From: Zootoca vivipara
Lineage: Eukaryota
DNA: 64,000 bases
Assembly: GCF_963506605.1 (NCBI RefSeq)
Contig: NC_083285.1
Span: 41,168,001-41,232,000, forward strand
Direction: 5' to 3'
Part shown: positions 25,550 through 38,739 of the stretch, in pieces
Position numbering within the stretch: the stretch's first letter is position 1
Layout: every line of letters starts with the position of its first letter
Notes under the pieces: model-generated
The model's input: only the letters and a program-made list of their open reading frames with translations
The model's database searches: none
Told to the model about the DNA's origin: nothing
Position numbers and translations under genes: made by a program

Positions 25550-25960
25550 ATAATGTAGATGAGAAATCATATATTTTACAGCTTTTTTCAGGTGATATTA
25601 ATAAGCAGTTCAAGCTGAGGCCTTGCCAATTGACATATCAGAAGCAGTATGGCTTATTAGGCCGAAGATGGACTCCAAATCCAGCTTCCTACTGGTGGTT
25701 TTAACTGTACATAAGATGGGGAATAAAAGAGAAGAGGGCTTAGCAGCTGAAGGCTGCAGAGCCAAGGTGTTCTCACAGTTGCTAATGAAGAGGCAAGAGA
25801 ATAGGCTGTATGGGTGTCAGGGAGCTGGCCATCCATGTGTCTTCCATTTGTCATGGTGGCCCTGCCATGAAATTTGTTGGTGACCAAGGGTCATCCAGCA
25901 AGGTCTTTAAAATATAATGTACAAGCAAAATGCAATTTTTCCCCCTCTTCATTTTTTCAG

Positions 25961-26113
25961 GACTGGTGATGGCACAGTACGGCCAAGCCTGGAAGGATCA
26001 GAGGAGATTCACGCTCACCATACTGAGAGACTTTGGAATGGGAAAGAAATCTCTGGAGCAGCTGGTGACTGAGGAAGCTGGACATTTGTGCTCATTTTTT
26101 AGTTCTAAGGAAG
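25961..26113 (+). CDS. CYP2D: CYP2D exon 3 (153 nt)
   Basis: GLVMAQYGQAWKDQRRFTLTILRDFGMGKKSLE (WxxxR motif); ag/gt boundaries. Confidence 0.95.
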
Positions 26114-26502
26114 GTGTGTTAAAACTAGGAAAACTGGGAAGGGCAAAGGGCGATACCTTTAAAAAGCAAGTAGAAGATGCAGGTGGATGGTTATCTCCAT
26201 CATAAAAATGGATGGGGCATTTCCTATAACACGAATATTTCTTCCCTCACTACTTTCATTGTGTCTTTGGAGCATTTGCATCTTCCTGGGATCAGGATCA
26301 GTCCTTCCTCCAGTTCTGGCATACTGACAAGGTCTTGCTTCTTCTGATGACCCAAGTAATATACTTTAAGAAAGGGTAATACATCTGAGTGTAGGACAGT
26401 AATGTGTGTTTCTCTTACTTCTGTAAGGTTTTCATTCCAGAAAGTTATTTGTGCAATTGACTTTTCATAAAGAAATTAGTTATCTACTGCCATAGGGACA
26501 TA

Positions 26503-26718
26503 CAGTGGTACCTCGGGTTACAGACGCTTCAGGTAACAGACTCCGCTAACCTGGAAGTAGTACCTCAGATTAAGAACTTTACCTCAGGATGAGAACAGAA
26601 ATCGCGTGGCGGCAGTGGGAGACCCCATTAGCTAAAGTGGTACCTCAGGTTAAGAACAGTTTCAGGTTAAGAACGGACCTCCAGAACAAATTTAAGTTCT
26701 TAATCCAAGGTACCACTG
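26503..26718. mobile_element. Tc1/mariner MITE
   Basis: TA|CAGTGGTACCTC...GGTACCACTG|TA. Confidence 0.9.
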
Positions 26719-27362
26719 TAGTAGGCACCTACAGCAAGAGTTCAGATTAAGAATCAGGCTGATTAAGACCGAGGGTGGGCAAATCTGTCAATATCAGTTT
26801 CTCCCAGTTTCTCATTCTTCGAATCTTAAGTTCAGTTGACATTTCCACATCTGCTTTACCACCCAAAAGCAACATCCACTGACCTATTTTTATTACTTAT
26901 CATTTAAAGTGCAGCTAACATTTTCTAGGCATTACAAAAGTTTAGAAAATTAGAATGTTAAAAGATAAGAAAAGAAGACAGCAACTGCCTGCAGGTTTAT
27001 ATCCTACCGGTAATAGACAGAGCCCAAGTGGAAAAAGGGATCCTTGAGGAAAGAAGAAAACATGCAAACTCAGGCACCAATTCTTAAAATTAAACCATTT
27101 GATCAAGAAGCAGGGCTAACAAATTGTGGCAGGTTTCTCAGCCAGCCAATGGAACAGCCCTTCTGTCCCACCCCCTGAGTGACAGCCTAGCAGAATGGCT
27201 AGTAATAAATGCCAGTTCAAGTAGTTGATGACCAGTGATAAGTTAGGCTGTAATAAGTGATTTTTTTCTACTTTCGCAATGCCTCAGCTGCTTTTTAGAG
27301 ACACTCAGGACCTTTGCTCAGTCATCAGCTCAGCCTCCTCAGAACTTGTATTTTTTAACTTA

Positions 27363-27709
27363 CCATATTGGCACAAATATAAGCCTCACTTTCCCCCCAA
27401 ATTCCAACCGTAAAAAGTTTAAGTGCGGCTTATATTCGCAACCTTACAGTATGCAGCCAGGATTGTGGGGCAAACAGCGCCAGGAGCGGGGCAAAGCAGC
27501 ACCCACCCAGCGCATAGTCCCCCATCCTCTCCCCCAAGGCTGGGAAGGGAGAGAGCAAGGAAGGGGAAAGCCTGTCGGCAACTCATCGCAGCTCCCCCCC
27601 CCAGCCAGGAACAGTGAGGAAGGGGCTTATATTTGGGTGTTTCCCCCCCCCTTCAATTTTAAAAGTGTGGCTTATATTCTGGTGTGGCTAATATTCAGGC
27701 CAATATGGT
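27363..27709. mobile_element. Mariner/Tc2-like MITE
   Basis: CCATATTGGC..AATATAAGCC / GGCTAATATT..GCCAATATGG inverted termini. Confidence 0.65.
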
Positions 27710-27748
27710 GCTCATTTATTAAACTGATCAAACTGTCAGTAGTCTGAG

Positions 27749-27859
27749 CATGGGCGTAGCCATGATTTTTGTCAGGAGGGGGCAGAACCTCAGATTTGTA
27801 TTGGTTTGTATTGATTGGGGGGGGCAGCTGGCCTTCCTGCCCCCCTGGTTACGCCCATG
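27749..27859. mobile_element. hAT MITE
   Basis: CATGGGCGTA...TACGCCCATG TIRs, 8-bp TSD agtctgag. Confidence 0.9.
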
Positions 27860-28173
27860 AGTCTGAGAGAAAAATATCAAGTCTGTGTATGCTATATAGG
27901 TTTTTGGATGAATTCTTACTTAGGAATTTCTGTGGATTTAGGATGGATTTTTCAATACAGTTGATGAGTATTGGTTGCAGAGGATAAAATCATTGAATTT
28001 TTCGTTGGAAGGGACCAGAAGGGTAATCTAGTCCAACCCACTGCAAGGCAGGAATATTTTGCCCAATGTGGGGCTCGAACCACCAACTGTGGGATTGAGA
28101 GTCTCATGCTCTACTGAGCTATACCAGTTGGATGTGTCCTAATATCATTTTTGGGCTATTCTGTCCTTTTCAG

Positions 28174-28334
28174 GTCAATCATTTAATCCTCACTATCTCA
28201 TAAACAATGCAGTTAGCAATGTGATCTGCTTCCTCACTTTTGGCAATCGTTTTGACTACGAGGATCAGAAATTCCAGAGTTTACTTCATCTCCTTGAACA
28301 GTCCATGAAGGAAGAAACTGGACTTCTGCCACAG
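28174..28334 (+). CDS. CYP2D: CYP2D exon 4 (161 nt)
   Basis: [20 protein letters not shown]...[11 protein letters not shown]|gtaag. Confidence 0.95.
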
Positions 28335-28435
28335 GTAAGATAAGTTGTTTTGGAGGCAGGGTGATTATGCTTATGTGACTGTTAGATCGTGGGTCTGATT
28401 AATATTTACTATTATTATTATTATTTTGGCATCAG

Positions 28436-28609
28436 GTTCTTAATTCACTGCCTTTTTTGATGCACATCCCTGGAATGACGCACAAAACCTTTCGTCATCA
28501 AAAGGAATTTATGGACTATTTAGGTGAAATTGTGAATGCACACAAAGAAACTTGGTGTCCTTCCTCCAAGCAAAACATCACTGAGGCATTTTTGGAAGAA
28601 ATTGAGAAG
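28436..28609 (+). CDS. CYP2D: CYP2D exon 5 (174 nt)
   Basis: VLNSLPFLMHIPG...ITEAFLEEIEK|gtgagg. Confidence 0.93.
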
Positions 28610-28734
28610 GTGAGGTGCATTTCATTTATGTAACAAATATTTATAAACTACTACATTTTTAGGGGGGAAAACAAAGAGGTTGTACAGAATATATAACCCA
28701 ATAAAACAAAACATAATACCATTTCAAAAACTGC

Positions 28735-29700
28735 TTTGGGGAAAAAAAAGGTACATGGCTGACTGAGATTGCCACTTTGGGAAGACTTGTAAACAATTTA
28801 CGCAAAATTTGCAATTCATTGGTAGACCTCTAATATCAGGAGGAAGTGAGTGCCACCATGCTAGATGCCCTGCTCCTAGCGATGGTGGAGTGGACCTCAG
28901 AAGCATGTGGCACCACCAGGAAGGCCTCTTCAGATGACCTCAGTGACTGAGCAGGTTGATAAGGTAAAAGGCAATCTCTCAAGTAATCAGGTATCAATGT
29001 GTTTATAGCTTTATTTACCAATAACGGAACCTTCAACATGACCCAGTAGCAGGTAGGCAGCCAAGGCAGAGAGTACCATTGTTTTAACAAGCATGTATGC
29101 TTATGATAGGTTGCACCACTTAGCAACCTAGCTGCAGGGTGTTTTAAAAAAATAAATATTTTTATTTTCTAAAGGAAATAATAATAGAGCTGTTGAATTC
29201 GAAGGGGCCCCAAGTGTCATCTAGTCCAACCCCCTGCAATGCAGGAATCACAGCTAAAGAATCCCTGGCAGCAGTTGCAGTTTTGGGATCCACCTTATGT
29301 GCTGCCTCTCGTAAAGTGCACTGCAGTAATCCAGCTACCAGTACCTGAGCCACCATGGCCAAGCTATCTCTGCCCAGGAATAGTTGCAGCTGACATAGCA
29401 CCTGAAGCTAGTAAAGGTTGCTCCAAGCTACTGAGGCCATGTGCGACTCCAGCAACAACAATGGATCCAGGAGTCTCCCCAGGCTGTTCACTTCCCGAAT
29501 GCTTCAGGGGGGATGAAACCCCGTGCAGAGCAGCCAATTGACATATCTCCCAGCCTTGGGAACGGCTCAGCTACAAGCCTTCCATCTTTCCAGGTTTCCA
29601 TCTCAGTAGGTGATCTAGGTCTTCCAGAGTTTGCCTTAGAAATATTGGAGATGAAATGCAACCTGTTAGTTTGTCTTGTATTAGAATATGCCAAGCAATA
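28735..29700 (-). mobile_element. Degraded L2 LINE fragments with a SINE insert
   Basis: YLRDCLLPYQPAQSLRSSEEAFLVVP-type ORF2 end on the minus strand. Confidence 0.6.
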
Positions 29701-30033
29701 GGATTAAGCTGGATATTGCCAGGTTACATTTGTGGACAGAACTGTAGCATGGATGCTCTGCTGGCATGATCGGCAATGGCTGTGTCGCACTGGGAAGCTC
29801 AGTCATGTATGTCGCAGCACTATTGCGTGGAATTCTCTAACTGTTCCTTAAAACAGCTCCTCCCCGTGCGGAGCCTTCTCCTTCTCCCCTGTAATCTTTG
29901 TGCTGTAAGTCCCTATGCGCTGCTACACACTCCACACCATTTGGCTAGGTAGGAGTGAGAAATGTCTAAAATGATGCTGCCACATTATGGGCAGTGCTCC
30001 TACATGCCTCAGGGGAGAGGGAGAGAACTAGTA

Positions 30034-30275
30034 CAGTGGTACCTCAGGTTACAAACGTTTCAGGTTACAAACGCTTCAGGTTACAAACTCCGCTAACCCA
30101 GAAATAGTACCTCAGGTTAAGAACTTTGCTTCAGGATGAGAAGAGAAATTGTGCTCTGGTGGCGCAACGGCAGCAGGAGGCCCCATTAGCTAAAGTAGTG
30201 CTTCAGGTTAAGAACAGTTTCAGGTTAAGAACGGACCTCCGGAACGAATTAAGTTCGTAACCAGCGGTACCACTG
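30034..30275. mobile_element. Tc1/mariner MITE (same family as 26503-26718)
   Basis: TA-flanked CAGTGGTACC TIRs and shared internal sequence. Confidence 0.9.
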
Positions 30276-30383
30276 TAGTAATGTTTTTGGCAGCAACTCT
30301 ATGGAAGGATTAATGTGTACTTCAGGCCTCAGGAAATTCCTGGCAAACATCTCTTACATTCTACCTGTATACTGTCTCCTCAG

Positions 30384-30522
30384 AGAAAGGGCGAAAACAG
30401 TAGTTTCAATTACCAAAACCTCCCTCTGATTATTGCTGACCTGTTTGCTGCTGGCACGGAGACCACCACCACTACCTTGCGCTGGGGCCTGCTCTACATG
30501 ATCCTCTATCCTGACATCCAGA
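30384..30522 (+). CDS. CYP2D: CYP2D exon 6 (I-helix)
   Basis: IADLFAAGTETTTTTLRWGLLYMILYPDIQ; A|gtaaga. Confidence 0.96.
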
Positions 30523-31647
30523 GTAAGAGCCATTGCTGGGTATTGTTTTAGGGACCACCTCTCTGTGCATGAAGGTCTTGGGAGGAAGCCCTGCTTCTAC
30601 CTGCTGAGTCAGATGGATCAGGGCACAGAGTAGAGTTTTCTCTATAATGGCCTTATTACTGTAGAATCCTCTCCCTTAGGAAGCCTACCAGAGCATGACA
30701 AGGTGAGCTTTGAGATGGTACTGTAAATCCTTCCTTTTCGCGAAAGTTTTCCGGGGCTGGGGGAGAATATATCCCATCTTTGGACCATAAAACGGTCTGT
30801 AAGGCAATTCAAAAGTATAAAATAACTACAAATAAGTGCGATAACAATATAATAAGTACAGTAAGTACATTAACAATATAAATTAATAGAATAAAGAAAA
30901 GCATCAACAGAAGAAGTAGAATCTATTCAAATAGCAGAGAGGAAATCAGATTGGTACTGGTGAGACTTAATATATTGCTGCGTTTCTAGACACAGTTCTG
31001 TGCCTTGTGTCCACATACTTTTTTTGCCTCTGCACTTTCCCCATTGAATCAGTGCAAACAGAAATCCCCAGAAAACACAATTTTTCATTTGTTTTGATTC
31101 AGCATTTAAAAAGTGAATTTTCGCGGGGAGAGCAGCGGGTGGTGGACACACACACACACAGCACTCAGAAACTGTGCTTTAAATTGCAGGCCTGTGCCTT
31201 CAAAGTGTGGGGCAAAAGCTATCTTCTATCAAATCTCTCCAGCTTTCACCGAACTCTACAATTTAAAGTATAAATAAATTTCACATAATACACAGAACGG
31301 CATAGGCTAATACCTGCGTTATTAATTTTGTGTGGGGGTTATCTTAAAATTATTGATTTTTGTAATGTTCACAAATAAAATATATTTCCAAATAAACATA
31401 CATACATAAATATGCATTGATATATAAATAAAAGAACGTACACTGTACAGTACAAAGTAGAACCCAATTCTAGAACTGTGTTGGAGCTGATCTAGATGTT
31501 CCCTCCATCCCTGGAAAAACAGTGTTGAAAGATCTGCAGTGAGACAACTCATGCATTCTTCTTGGTGTAAAGAATGTTTAGATCTCCTTGTTTTTCCCAT
31601 TGTTAGTTGCAGCACATTGTAAGTTACATCCTTCTCTTATTTTCCAG

Positions 31648-31835
31648 GTAAAGTCCAAGAAGAAATTGATGCAGTGATTGGTAGGAACAGATCTGCCACA
31701 TTGGAGGACCAGGCAAATATGCCTTACACTCATGCTGTAATCCATGAAACTCAACGCTTTGCGGATATTATTCCTGCTGGCATACCCCATAGCGCATACC
31801 GTGATACAGAGGTGGAAGGCTTCTTCATCCCAAAG
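31648..31835 (+). CDS. CYP2D: CYP2D exon 7 (188 nt)
   Basis: KVQEEIDAVIG...MPYTHAVIHETQR (ExxR)...FFIPK|gt. Confidence 0.96.
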
Positions 31836-32520
31836 GTGTGATGGGTTGGAGGGAAGATATAGTGAAAGAGAGCAAAGAGTTATGTAAATAGATAATCAGA
31901 AAAAAAACAAAAACAAAGCTCTTTGCCATTAATATTGAATATACCCGATGTCAGGCCTTTGAAGCATAATGAGAATGTGGACTCTTCTTCATTGGAGGTT
32001 TTAAAGCAGATGTTGGATGGCCATCAGTCATGGATGCTTTAGCTGAGATTCCTGCATTGGACTAGATGATCCTTGCGGTCCCTTCCAACTCTACAATTCT
32101 ATTAATATCCTCTGACCTGACAAAAGTATGACCCTAGTACAATTTTACCTTGGAAATCAGACTTGTAAGCGTCAGCCAATTTATAACATTCCATGCATCT
32201 GCTTGAAAGTAGTAGAATAGTTGGGACTAGGAAAATATTTCAGCTCACATTTACATGTTGAAAATAGACGAAAAATGCTGATGAAAAAGATGTATTAATA
32301 TAATTTAACATTTAAATAATTTCTAATTGAGTTTTTAGCATCCAAGCCTGGGAAGTACAACATTTTGGGAAATAATATTGAGGTGGATTGGATCTAGGTG
32401 CAGATTTTATGTTCTGCTCTGTCCAAAAGAAATAAGAGATATTAAACAAAAAGAGATGATGACTCTGCTTTTTTTGTCCATTATTCTAAATCACATTTAT
32501 TTCTGGGGGGATATTTTTAG

Positions 32521-32662
32521 GGTACCACAATCGTGACCAACCTGTCATCCGTGCTAAAAGATGAAGCCATGTGGGAGAACCCGCATCAGTTTTGGCCAGA
32601 GCACTTTCTGGATGCCAATGGACAGTTTGTCAAGCGAGAAGCTTTCATACCTTTCTCAGCAG
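32521..32662 (+). CDS. CYP2D: CYP2D exon 8 (142 nt)
   Basis: [27 protein letters not shown]...FIPFSA G|gt. Confidence 0.96.
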
Positions 32663-33380
32663 GTAAATTGAAAGGGAAGAAGAGTTTGTGAGGAACCATC
32701 ACTTCCCTGCCTTCACCAGAAAAAGGGTATTCTCTATGGGTTCAAGTCAGCCTGTTCCATTGTTATGATCAGATGATCAGTTTTATCAGCATCAGAAATC
32801 ATATTAGGCTCTGCACAGACCAAAACTTTGCAGAGAGCTGGGGTTGGTTTTGTAGAATTGTCATCAGGCATTCTGGATGGGAAATCTTCTGGGAACCTCT
32901 TGAGCTCTTCCAACCCCAAACCATTTTTATTTTTATTTTTTTGCAGCAAAAGCAGATTGATATCAAATATATTACAGTGCTGGCCCTGCCATTAGGCCAA
33001 TTGACCAGGTCAGTGTAGGGAACCTGGTTTGGGGCATCATGAAAGGGCAAGGAATTGGTTATTATTATTATTATTTGTATTGTATTTTTACTCTTAGGGG
33101 AGAGGTCCTTATGGTACTCTGTCTCAGGCACCAAGTATAGGTATTATGAACTTGACTGTGTGGGGCTCTGTTTGGTTTTGTACCTTAGGCAGCAAAAGTT
33201 CAGAAGGAAAATGAGTTGGTCAGGCTTGCTGTTGTAATTTTACATATCTTTATCAAGCTATTGCATAAGCATCACAAAGCTGTCAGGTTAAGAGGCAGGG
33301 TGGAGATAGGAAGGACCTTCTTGTAACAGATTTGAACGAACCAGGATTGACATTTTGGTGTCATTGTTCTTTCCCCTCAG

Positions 33381-33559
33381 GTCGTCGTATCTGTCTTGGA
33401 GAACAATTGGCTAGAATGGAGCTTTTCCTCTTTTTCACCAGCCTCCTGCAGCATTTCACCTTCCATATTGCAGAAGATCACCCCAAACCAAGAGAAGATG
33501 GGTGTTTCGCTTTTACACTCGTCCCACATCCTTATCATATCAAGGTTGTTTCAAGATGA
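33381..33559 (+). CDS. CYP2D: CYP2D exon 9 (heme-binding Cys); spliced CDS 1521 nt = 506 aa
   Basis: [11 protein letters not shown] heme motif spans exons 8/9; stop TGA; AATAAA at 33754-33759. Confidence 0.96.
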
Positions 33560-33767
33560 GTGCAAGCACTTGCACAAACACACTTCTACATTTTGAGTTT
33601 GTCATTCACGGTGCAAATTACCTTAAAGATATAGGACTGCTGAATCCATAAAGTAATAGATCACAGTAGCTCATTTACTGATTCTTCCTTTAGCAAGAAT
33701 CACATTTATGATTTTTTCCCCCTTTCCCCCTTTCTCTTTTCTTTTTCTTTCTAAATAAATACAGTTT

Positions 33768-34200
33768 TCATAGAATCATAGAATCTTATAGTTGGAAGGG
33801 ACCCAGGGCCATCTAGCCCAACCCCCTGCAATGCAGGAATCTCAGCTAAAGCATCCATGGCAGGTGGCCATCCAACCTCTGCTTAAAAACCTCAAAGGAA
33901 GGAGAGTCCACCACCGCCCGAGGGAGTCCGTTCCACTGTCAAGAAACTCGTACTATTAGAAAGTTCAGGAATGCCATCATCCTCCTGAAGGTGCGAGAGT
34001 GAAGAGCAGCTCTTACTGTCAGAAAGTTTTTCTGTGTGTTTAGTCGGAATCCCCTTTCTTGTAACTTGAATCCATTTATTTGAGTCCTACTGTCCAGAAC
34101 AGGAGAAAACAAGCTTGCTCCATCTTCCATGTGACAGCCCATTAGATATTTGAAAATGGCTATCATATCTCCTCTCAATCTCCTCTTTTCCAGGCTAAAC
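33768..34200 (-). mobile_element. CR1 LINE 3' end
   Basis: FSLEKRRLRGDMIAIFKYL motif and (ATTCTATG)n-type tail. Confidence 0.9.
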
Positions 34201-35860
34201 ACAACCAATATATATAAATAACAATATATATATAAACAATATATATAACAATTATATACAACAACAAAAATATATAACAAAAATATATAACAATTACAAA
34301 AAAGAATAAAAAGGTACAAAACCAAAATACCAGCTTGCCTCCCTCCCCACTCCAGGACAGATCAATCTAGTTAAGCTTGCCCAAGTCCAATCTGTTATTT
34401 CAGTAGCTGCCATCCTTCAGGGTTATCAGTAAAGTATTTGTTAAAAGGATGCCACATTTCAACAAAACCATCTACATAATTTGCATTATTAAATGCATGT
34501 AATCTGAATGCTAATTTTTCTTATACAGCAGTAGACCATACATTCTGTTTCCAAACAGAGATACACAGACTTTCCAATCCTTTCCAATTCTGTGCCTTTA
34601 GTAGATGTGCTGCCACTAAAAGTAAAGTGGTTAGTTCTTCATAAGAAAGGTCAGATTCCCCTTCTTTAAAAACAGTTAACAGTCTCAAACTTGGGGTATA
34701 TTCCACATGCTGACCTGTAATATAGCTTATTTCTGTAAATACCTTCTGCCAGAAGGGCTTCATATGATCATACATCCACCACACGTGCAATGTTGCAATG
34801 TTGTACCTATATTGTTGCGGCCTCTCCAACACAATGGTGGGATGGTTTTATTAATATAGCTACACCATAATGGTGTCAAATGCCATTGGTTTGGTAATTT
34901 AAATGTATTTTCTCATATCTGAGTTGATACTCATTTTAGTGGTTTTTTAGCCCACAAATTATTCCAATCCACCTCCGTAATGTCTATCCCTAGATCAGAT
35001 TCCCGTTGCTGTTTCACAGAATTACATCCTCCAATTGTTAACTCATTGATTATTTGATACAGTATAAAGGGTTTTTTTTGTATATTCATTTGTATGTAAA
35101 ATCAAATTTTCAAATGATGTTTAATGTCTTGTGGCATGCGCTTTAACTTCAGAATTTGATATAAAGCACACTATATGATGAACATAAAGACAATTTACAC
35201 ACTGCATTCCAATTTATATCATTATTTGTTCAGCAGATATAAGTGAACCACTTTCAAATAAATAAATTAGTACATGAAGATCTTTCTCCATTTCTGAAGA
35301 GCATGTTCTTTTCCTGTCATATGAAAAAGTGGATGCAGTACAAAAGGTATCAACGGTGAGATTGAAGGAGCTAATTTAGGTGTCCACATCTTCCAAACTT
35401 TCAGATCTGACTTTGTAAATGGATTGATTATCGAATCAAACATATTTTTATTGTGTATTAAAAATGATAGACTCGGTAGTCTATATATTTCTATCAAATG
35501 CCATTTGCCGCCATGTTTTATCATTTGCATTTTGTATTGTTCCAATTACATTTTGAATATGGTTAACATCCTGATATTTTGTAAATGAGATAAAGCAAGA
35601 CTCTCCACCCCTGAGACTGCTGATATATTTCAGCTAATTGTAATCTGGGTCTTTTACCCTAGTAATCAAAGTTTACTATCATCCTTTGGCATTTTAAAAA
35701 AAATCTCAGTGGAAATACAGATGAGTATAGTCTGAAACAAAAACATAATTTTTGGTAGAACCATCCTTTTCACTGAAGACACTCTTCCCACCCATGATAA
35801 CTTCAACCTGGACCAGTTTTTGAAATCTTTCTTAATACAGTATTTCTTATTAATGGCAGA
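34200..35860 (-). mobile_element. Degraded L1 ORF2 3' region
   Basis: LSWVGRVSSVKRMVLPKIMFLFQ and HVWW..KPFWQKV fragments. Confidence 0.8.
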
Positions 35861-36129
35861 AAAAACATTTGTGTGCATGTGTTGTTGTTGTTGTTTTGCC
35901 AAAAATATGTTTGCATATCATTATGTTCAGTGGGTTAGTGGGTTGGGGACATGTGCCAGAAGAGGACCCGAGATGGAGTTCCTGGGATGTCACTATAGGC
36001 TAGCTAAGTAAGGGGAGATGCGGTGTGGGGCGACAACCAGGTTGGTTGAGGAGAATGGATAACAGATGGTTAAAGGTGGTTACCCCTTCCAGGCTGCCCT
36101 GCACCTGACAGGACTTTGGTAACTAAGCC

Positions 36130-37600
36130 ATCGAGCCTTCCTGCTTGGTGGTGCTGTTGCTAAATGCCAGGTCATTTCGCAAGAAAATATATCTCATCCA
36201 TGATTTGATTGTGGATGATGTGGTTGACCTGGTATGAATTACCAAGACTTGGGTGGAGGTGTTGTGTGGGCCAAACTTGAACCAGCTATGTCCACCCTGG
36301 TACTCGGTGCAATATCAGTATAGCTGGAGATTTGAGGGGTTGGATCCATGCCACTGAAGATTCCACTTCATCAGAAAAGCAATTCATCTGGGAGCTGGAT
36401 ATCAGGGCTTTTACTTGGGGTTCAGCCAGCAAAACAACACAGAATCTTAGTATACTGCCCACTCCACTGCCCAACAACCTCCCTGACTGAGCTAGTGGAG
36501 GCAGTCTTTAATGTGGCTTTGAAAACAATAGTCTTGGGCCTATGTCTTTTGCAGTCTGGTTTAAGAGCTTGTGGCCACCATGGGGCTGTCTCAATGCGCT
36601 GTAGCCCCAGTTCATATCCCAGGTCACACTTGGTCTGGTTTTCACCACAGGATGTACTGGAAGGGCTACAGCAGTAGTCAAAATTAGTGTCACCTTGCTG
36701 TCACAGACATATCACTTCCTGGTGTAATTTGGAATGGTTGTGGAAGGTCCTGTTTGTAGGGATGGGGAGCCTATTGAGATGGCCCATTTCCAGAGAATGG
36801 AATCTGCAAGAGCACTGAGTCCTCTTGGGGAGCTTCCAGTTGGCATATTAAGCGCCCCTGCAAGGTCCTGGCCCCACTGTGGAAAAGTGAAAGGACCATT
36901 GACACACAGAATCACAGAATTGTAGAGTTGGAAGGGACACCCAGGGTCATCTAGTCCAACACCCTGCAATGCAGAAATCTCAACTAAAGCATCCATCACT
37001 ACTAAATGCCATTTCTGGCACTGTGGAGCTTAGAGTGCCCCTGGTTTTCTCAAGAACTTGGGGCAATGAAACAGACCAGCTGATGGCTGATGTCTCACAG
37101 CAACTATGACCAAGAACATTCAAGAGAAACATAGCCATACCTACCAGCAGTGGACCGTGTGGTAGGGCACTGCCCATTGAAGGCATTGACTGGGCCAAGG
37201 CCCTTCTGAATTCTGGCACCTCCTTGCCCTGGCTAAACATGTCTACCCCTGGAATTCTCACTGCTTGGAGAATTGAGATGGGAGTTTTGTAACAATATGA
37301 AGTTGAAGTACTGCTGTCTGAGGATAGCTTAATCCTGTGAGAGCTGGGGAGATCACCCAACAGAATAATACAGTAGTCTTGCCCGGGCTTTGTGGCAGTT
37401 TGGGAAAGATACGAAGCTCAGTGAAAGCATATGTCCTTAACACTGTAGCCACATGACTGAATCTGAAGGAAGTCTATCCCAACCCTTATGTGTGATAAGT
37501 TGGACTCAAAGGTGAAAGGGATCTATTTCTTCCTCATGCCATATCTGTGGGGAGTGTCGGACTACTGAACCCTGAGTGACATTGTGCTTTTAAATATATA
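36130..37600 (+). mobile_element. Highly degraded L2/CR1-group LINE (endonuclease to RT) with a SINE insert at ~36908-36995
   Basis: Remnant LLNARS-type endonuclease start and fragmentary RT motifs. Confidence 0.5.
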
Positions 37601-38739
37601 TGTAGAAATCTGATAAAACTCCAGGTTCTTATCTTCTTGTCCCTGTTTTACCTTGCAGCTCATGCTTATCCTGGAACTGGCCCTATCTGAAGAGGAGTGA
37701 TTTTCAGTGGGAAAATGACTGGCAAAGTATCTCTACCTGGCTCAGTTTTAATTGGCTTGGTATTTGTTTATTTTGTTTGGGGGGGGGAATATAGCTCGCT
37801 TTATCAGAAAGCTCTTAAGTGCTGTACAGTAGAAAATCAGCAGAACTTTTAAGAACAAATCTACGTAACTAAATTATATGCATTAAATAATAATAGGTTT
37901 CTGAAATGAAAAGGTTTTCAGCAAGCATCTAAATCAGAATAGTGAGAGCACCTGCCTAATGTCAAGGGAGGCCTACAGGGAGGTCTTTTAGCTGCCACGC
38001 TGAAAGATCAACCAACAAGTAGGGAATTAATACTATACGTCTCTTCTAGAAGTGTAAGTTTATGAGCTTTCTTGACCAGTGTTCAGAAAAAGCTGTTGTT
38101 ATTATTTTTTGGCCTTGTCTCCCACTTCCAAATGATGGTTTATGTATGCTGACAGTGCTGCATTCACGTGCATTATTCCATTGCTCACCTCAATTTCACT
38201 CACCCACTTCACAGAGCTAACCATGGTGTAGAGCTGCTTGGAAATTCAACAGCCCCGCATCCCTAGAGGCACAGCCGGGGAGGACAAGAAGCTTTAGATA
38301 TGAGCAGGGAGGGGACAACACAGCAACCACATGAAATATTGGAAAGAAACAAGAATATGACCCAAATAGAAAGGATATTCACCAAATGAAACACTGAATG
38401 GATGGTTGGCAGGAATGTTGGGGTGTTCCAGTGAAAACAGAAACAGGAGTGGAAATTGCAAGTGCTTGCGCCTTTGCCCCATGTCCCATCCACTGAATAA
38501 AATCAGTACATACCGTACATGGGTGTGTGTGTGTGGTGGTGGTCATATTCCAGGGATAGAGTGCAATGCTGAAATTGCATATAGTAAATATGGTAGCTCC
38601 ACATACTCTTATTTAAACTGCCACTCTTCTTTTGCTGGTGTTTCTCTTTCCGTATTTGCACATAGGCTACATGATTCTTGCAGTGGTGGTTGCATAGAGG
38701 AAGAGACAAAGTACCCTCTTGGGAATTTTGCCATTTGTA

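Noticed and set aside
28065-28128. tRNA-like sequence on the minus strand
   Set aside because: Degenerate head of a tRNA-derived SINE fused to a CR1-type tail, not a tRNA gene
31641-31653. AG|GTAAAG resembling a recursive splice site at CYP2D exon 7
   Set aside because: Explained by Ser-Lys codons at a conserved exon start; the intron is short
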